DNA from: Patescibacteria group bacterium
Lineage (GTDB): Bacteria; Patescibacteriota; JAUYIX01; JBHPHK01
Assembly: GCA_042569365.1 (NCBI GenBank)
Contig: JBHPHK010000003.1
Location: 3,047 to 67,046 of the forward strand
Length of the DNA stretch: 64,000 nucleotides
Reading direction: 5' to 3'
Shown here: piece after piece, positions 61,430-64,000 of the stretch
Numbering within the stretch: position 1 is the stretch's first letter
Layout: each line of letters opens with the position of its first letter
Position numbers and translations under genes: made by a program
The notes under the pieces: generated by a model
What the model was told of the DNA's origin: nothing
What the model saw: only the letters and a program-made list of their open reading frames with translations
Database searches by the model: none

Positions 61430-62482
61430 TTAATAGAATCGTTTGCTGCTTGAGAAAAGCTGGGCTATTTCTTTCCAGTCAGCTTTTCTGGTCTCCATGA
61501 TTTTGCGGCGCTTTGTGAGTATTATGCCTGTTTTTGCGAGGGCTGAAAACAAGCTCAGGAAGGCCTTGGGTTCAAAAAAGATTTGATAGGCAATCAGTAG
61601 TTTTTCACGCACGACGAGGTAAATGAAATCCTTCCAAAAATGCGGGCAGCGTTCGTTTTTCCAGAAGAGCCAATAGTGGTTGCGGGTGGACATGCGTCGC
61701 AAGAATAAAGATTGCTGTTGGCGGTTTTCTCGAAAGCCTGCAAAACCTGACTTGGTTTTACCTTTAAGGTGGCGTTCGTGTCCAGCGACTGCCTCAGGGA
61801 CAAAGCGTGACTTCCAACCGCGGTGTTGGAGGCGCCAGGCAAGGTCAATATCTTCTAAATATGCAAAAAAATCATTATCGAAGTATTCGCCGTGGTTTTC
61901 ATAGACGTCTTGCAAGGCAGCGGTCCGATATATCGGCACGGCACCAGAAGGTCCCAGAATATCCAGCTTATCGTCGTACTGGCCCTGGTCTTGTTCTCCC
62001 TGTCCCCTGTCTCGATAGCGCCGGGAGCGGAAAATTTCTATACCCGTGCTGTCGAAGCGATCTGTAAAGCGGTTTTCTTTAAAATCGTAGGTATACAGTT
62101 TACAGGCGGCAGAGCCAAGCTCGGGATTAGCCTCCATGACAGCTACTAGCTTGTCGATGAAATCCGGTTTTAAAACAATATCAAAGTTCAGTAGAACAAC
62201 ATACTCTCCTCTGGTTTGTGCCAGTCCAACATTGTGGCCGCCGGCATAGCCGAGGTTCTCGTCATTTTTTAGGTAACGAAATTCAGGATATTTCTCTTGC
62301 GCATATTCATAGGAACCATCATCAGAGGCATTATCGATAAACAAAACATCTAAATTGGGATAGGTTTGCGCCTTAATCGAGCCCAAAATAGAATCCACAT
62401 ATTTGCGATAATTCCAGTTTAAGAGATGAATCGAAACGAGAGGCTTGTTATTTGCGAGGGATTTCTCCATATTTTTGAACAA
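61430..62482 (-). CDS. Glycosyltransferase family 2
   Basis: 350 aa. VSIHLLNWNYRKY..FIDNASDDGS..NLGYAGGHN..FAYLEDIDLAWR. Confidence 0.8.
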   Translation of the reverse strand: MFKNMEKSLANNKPLVSIHLLNWNYRKYVDSILGSIKAQTYPNLDVLFIDNASDDGSYEYAQEKYPEFRYLKNDENLGYAGGHNVGLAQTRGEYVVLLNFDIVLKPDFIDKLVAVMEANPELGSAACKLYTYDFKENRFTDRFDSTGIEIFRSRRYRDRGQGEQDQGQYDDKLDILGPSGAVPIYRTAALQDVYENHGEYFDNDFFAYLEDIDLAWRLQHRGWKSRFVPEAVAGHERHLKGKTKSGFAGFRENRQQQSLFLRRMSTRNHYWLFWKNERCPHFWKDFIYLVVREKLLIAYQIFFEPKAFLSLFSALAKTGIILTKRRKIMETRKADWKEIAQLFSSSKRFY

Positions 62483-62633
62483 TAATGTTGTTCCAAACTT
62501 CTCGAAGTATATCTGATATATAGATTAAAATCAAGCCTTTTTAGTGACTTTAGGGGTTTTTGAATACTGCTAATAATAGGCTTAATAGAGCTATTATAGA
62601 CGCGTCTACGAAAGCAATATTTACCAAAAACTC

Positions 62634-62662
62634 TTGACAAAATATGACTTTTCGAGTACAAT
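62634..62662 (+). promoter_or_regulatory. Promoter for the amidase gene
   Basis: TTGACA-N17-TACAAT. Confidence 0.6.
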
Positions 62663-62718
62663 ACTCCGATTTTTCAAAGAGTTTGGAAATCAACCTAAAT
62701 CCTTAATTCTAGTCAAAT

Positions 62719-64000
62719 ATGACTTCCCTGGTAAAACAACTGAAGAAAGTCACAGAAAGCGTATCCGCTCGTAAGTTTATTGTGGCCGGAATTGTCATTG
62801 TGCTGGCGATTGCGCTGATCCAACCTAATGGTGATTGGTCCAATACTAGCTTGGGTAGTTTGATCAGTTTCCTGCGCGGCAAGTCTGAATTAAACATTCA
62901 GGATATTAGCGTTCAGCTCAGCGATTTGCAGGCGGTAAAGTCTGATGTGCAAAAGCGTTCTAAGGTTTTCAATCTCAAGGAAAGTTTCACTACTTTGATT
63001 ATCGAAGGTCAGTGGCAGACAGATGAAACCGGTCTAGAGCTTCGTTATCAGGACGCAGAGGGCGTCTGGTCTAAAGTTTATGCGCTGCAATTGGCGGATG
63101 GCGATGAAGGAATCGACGGCGTGCAGACTGCGCAATATACAGAGCCGTTCATCGTAAGCTCGGCGACCGCTTTTGAGTTGATCTGGGACACGACTGTTAA
63201 ACAAGCAGATAAGCTCAATATTCAGACAGTTGACCTAAGTGAAGGTCCGCAAATAAGCGCGCTTGATGCCAAATCTGTATCCGGTGTTATTACCCGTGAA
63301 CAATGGGGCGCGGATCCAGCCTGGATGACTTGGACTCCGCAATATTCAAATATTAAACTGGCGATTATTCATCATACGGCAGGTTCTGCAGATGCTGATC
63401 CGGCAGTGACAATGCGTAGTATTTATTTCTACCATGCTGTTACTCGCGGCTGGGGCGACATCGGATACAATTATGTAGTCGATCCGCAGGGACGCATCTA
63501 TGAAGGTCGCGATGGCGGCGACAATGTGATCGGCGCGCATGCGCTCGGTTTTAACACAGGTTCCCTGGGTATTTCCCTCATGGGTAATTATGAAAATGAT
63601 TCTGTAACGTCGGCAGCTACCAGTGCCATTGCAAATATCATCGGACAACGTTTTGGTCAGGAAAATATCGATCCGCGTGCGCGCATAAGCTTCAACGGAA
63701 AAACTCTTTATACGATTAGCGGCCACCGCGATACCAAAGCGACTGCCTGCCCTGGCGCCAACCTCTATGCGCAGTTGCCAAATATCCGTCATAAAGCGGC
63801 TTTGCTTGTTTCTGGTGCACTGCCGTATGCTGACGGTTCGTTCATCCGTGGTTCTGGTCCAACGGTCTATTACATCCAGAACGGAATTAAGCGCGCTTTC
63901 ACACACCCGGACACGTTTAAGTCTTGGAATCCAACAGGCATCATCAGCGCGCAGGATTATGAAATCGCGCTGTACCCTAGCGGCGTAAAAATGGGATTTG
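62719..64000 (+). CDS. N-acetylmuramoyl-L-alanine amidase (amidase_2/PGRP domain), 5' partial: runs off the window
   Basis: Open from ATG 62719 to the window end (427 codons); not in the ORF track because it has no stop in the window. TM anchor, then REQWGADPAW, IIHHTAG, RGWGDIGYNYVVDPQGRIYEGR, GAHALGFNTGSLGI and SGHRDTKATACPG. Confidence 0.8.
   Translation, partial: MTSLVKQLKKVTESVSARKFIVAGIVIVLAIALIQPNGDWSNTSLGSLISFLRGKSELNIQDISVQLSDLQAVKSDVQKRSKVFNLKESFTTLIIEGQWQTDETGLELRYQDAEGVWSKVYALQLADGDEGIDGVQTAQYTEPFIVSSATAFELIWDTTVKQADKLNIQTVDLSEGPQISALDAKSVSGVITREQWGADPAWMTWTPQYSNIKLAIIHHTAGSADADPAVTMRSIYFYHAVTRGWGDIGYNYVVDPQGRIYEGRDGGDNVIGAHALGFNTGSLGISLMGNYENDSVTSAATSAIANIIGQRFGQENIDPRARISFNGKTLYTISGHRDTKATACPGANLYAQLPNIRHKAALLVSGALPYADGSFIRGSGPTVYYIQNGIKRAFTHPDTFKSWNPTGIISAQDYEIALYPSGVKMGF

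Noticed and set aside
63346-63906. 186-aa minus-strand ORF (and 62709-62897).
   Set aside because: It is antisense to the amidase_2 gene, which has unambiguous catalytic motifs.
1-64000. Looked for CRISPR arrays, IS elements, transposases, integrases, prophage genes and known defence systems.
   Set aside because: No regularly spaced direct repeats were seen. No DDE/tyrosine/serine recombinase motifs and no recognisable defence-gene signatures appear in any ORF. The accessory blocks lack flanking direct repeats or tRNA-adjacent integrases.

Overview
Gene-dense window (about 62 CDS, 2 tRNAs) with no rRNA, CRISPR array, transposase or integrase. It looks like a small, compact bacterial chromosome. 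UGA is used as a stop, and as the RF2 frameshift codon, so this is genetic code 11. Overlapping starts and stops, two DUF4012 proteins, a sortase-type anchor, a PrsA-like foldase and the near absence of Shine-Dalgarno (SD) sites on core genes suggest a Patescibacteria/CPR-like monoderm; this is inference only. Core genes: murJ, lepA, prfB (classical +1 frameshift), ftsE, ftsX, lgt, fmt, def, priA, thpR, gltX, rpmA, an S41 protease, an M23 peptidase, an MltB-like transglycosylase and an amidase_2 that runs off the 3' edge. Many cell-envelope glycan genes are present: GT4 x4, GT2 x3 (one fused to a methyltransferase), a Wzz-like protein, an O-antigen-ligase-like protein and a sugar nucleotidyltransferase. 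The accessory content is the interesting part. (i) A 5-kb block (23.6-28.6 kb) of five secreted proteins or lipoproteins splits the glycan locus; it includes a family of tandem beta-sandwich proteins with a recurring RWxFxF motif and a beta-barrel-like plus OmpA-like gene pair. (ii) A surface-protein block (45.6-52.1 kb) holds a DUF11 protein with an LLETG sorting signal and two large tandem beta-helix paralogs whose promoters and terminators were duplicated with them. (iii) A 7-TM, two-repeat SWEET/PQ-loop-like transporter. (iv) A 385-bp gene-free region is packed with GGAGG/CCTCC motifs and hairpins. Two gene-expression architectures also appear across the window. Core genes tend to have a TGn-extended -10 box ending 8-10 nt before the start codon, which looks leaderless and has no SD. 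Secreted accessory genes have TTGACA-N17-TGnTAnnnT promoters, 50-190 nt CA-rich leaders and perfect AGGAGG SDs. All functional calls come from reading motifs by eye; no searches were run.
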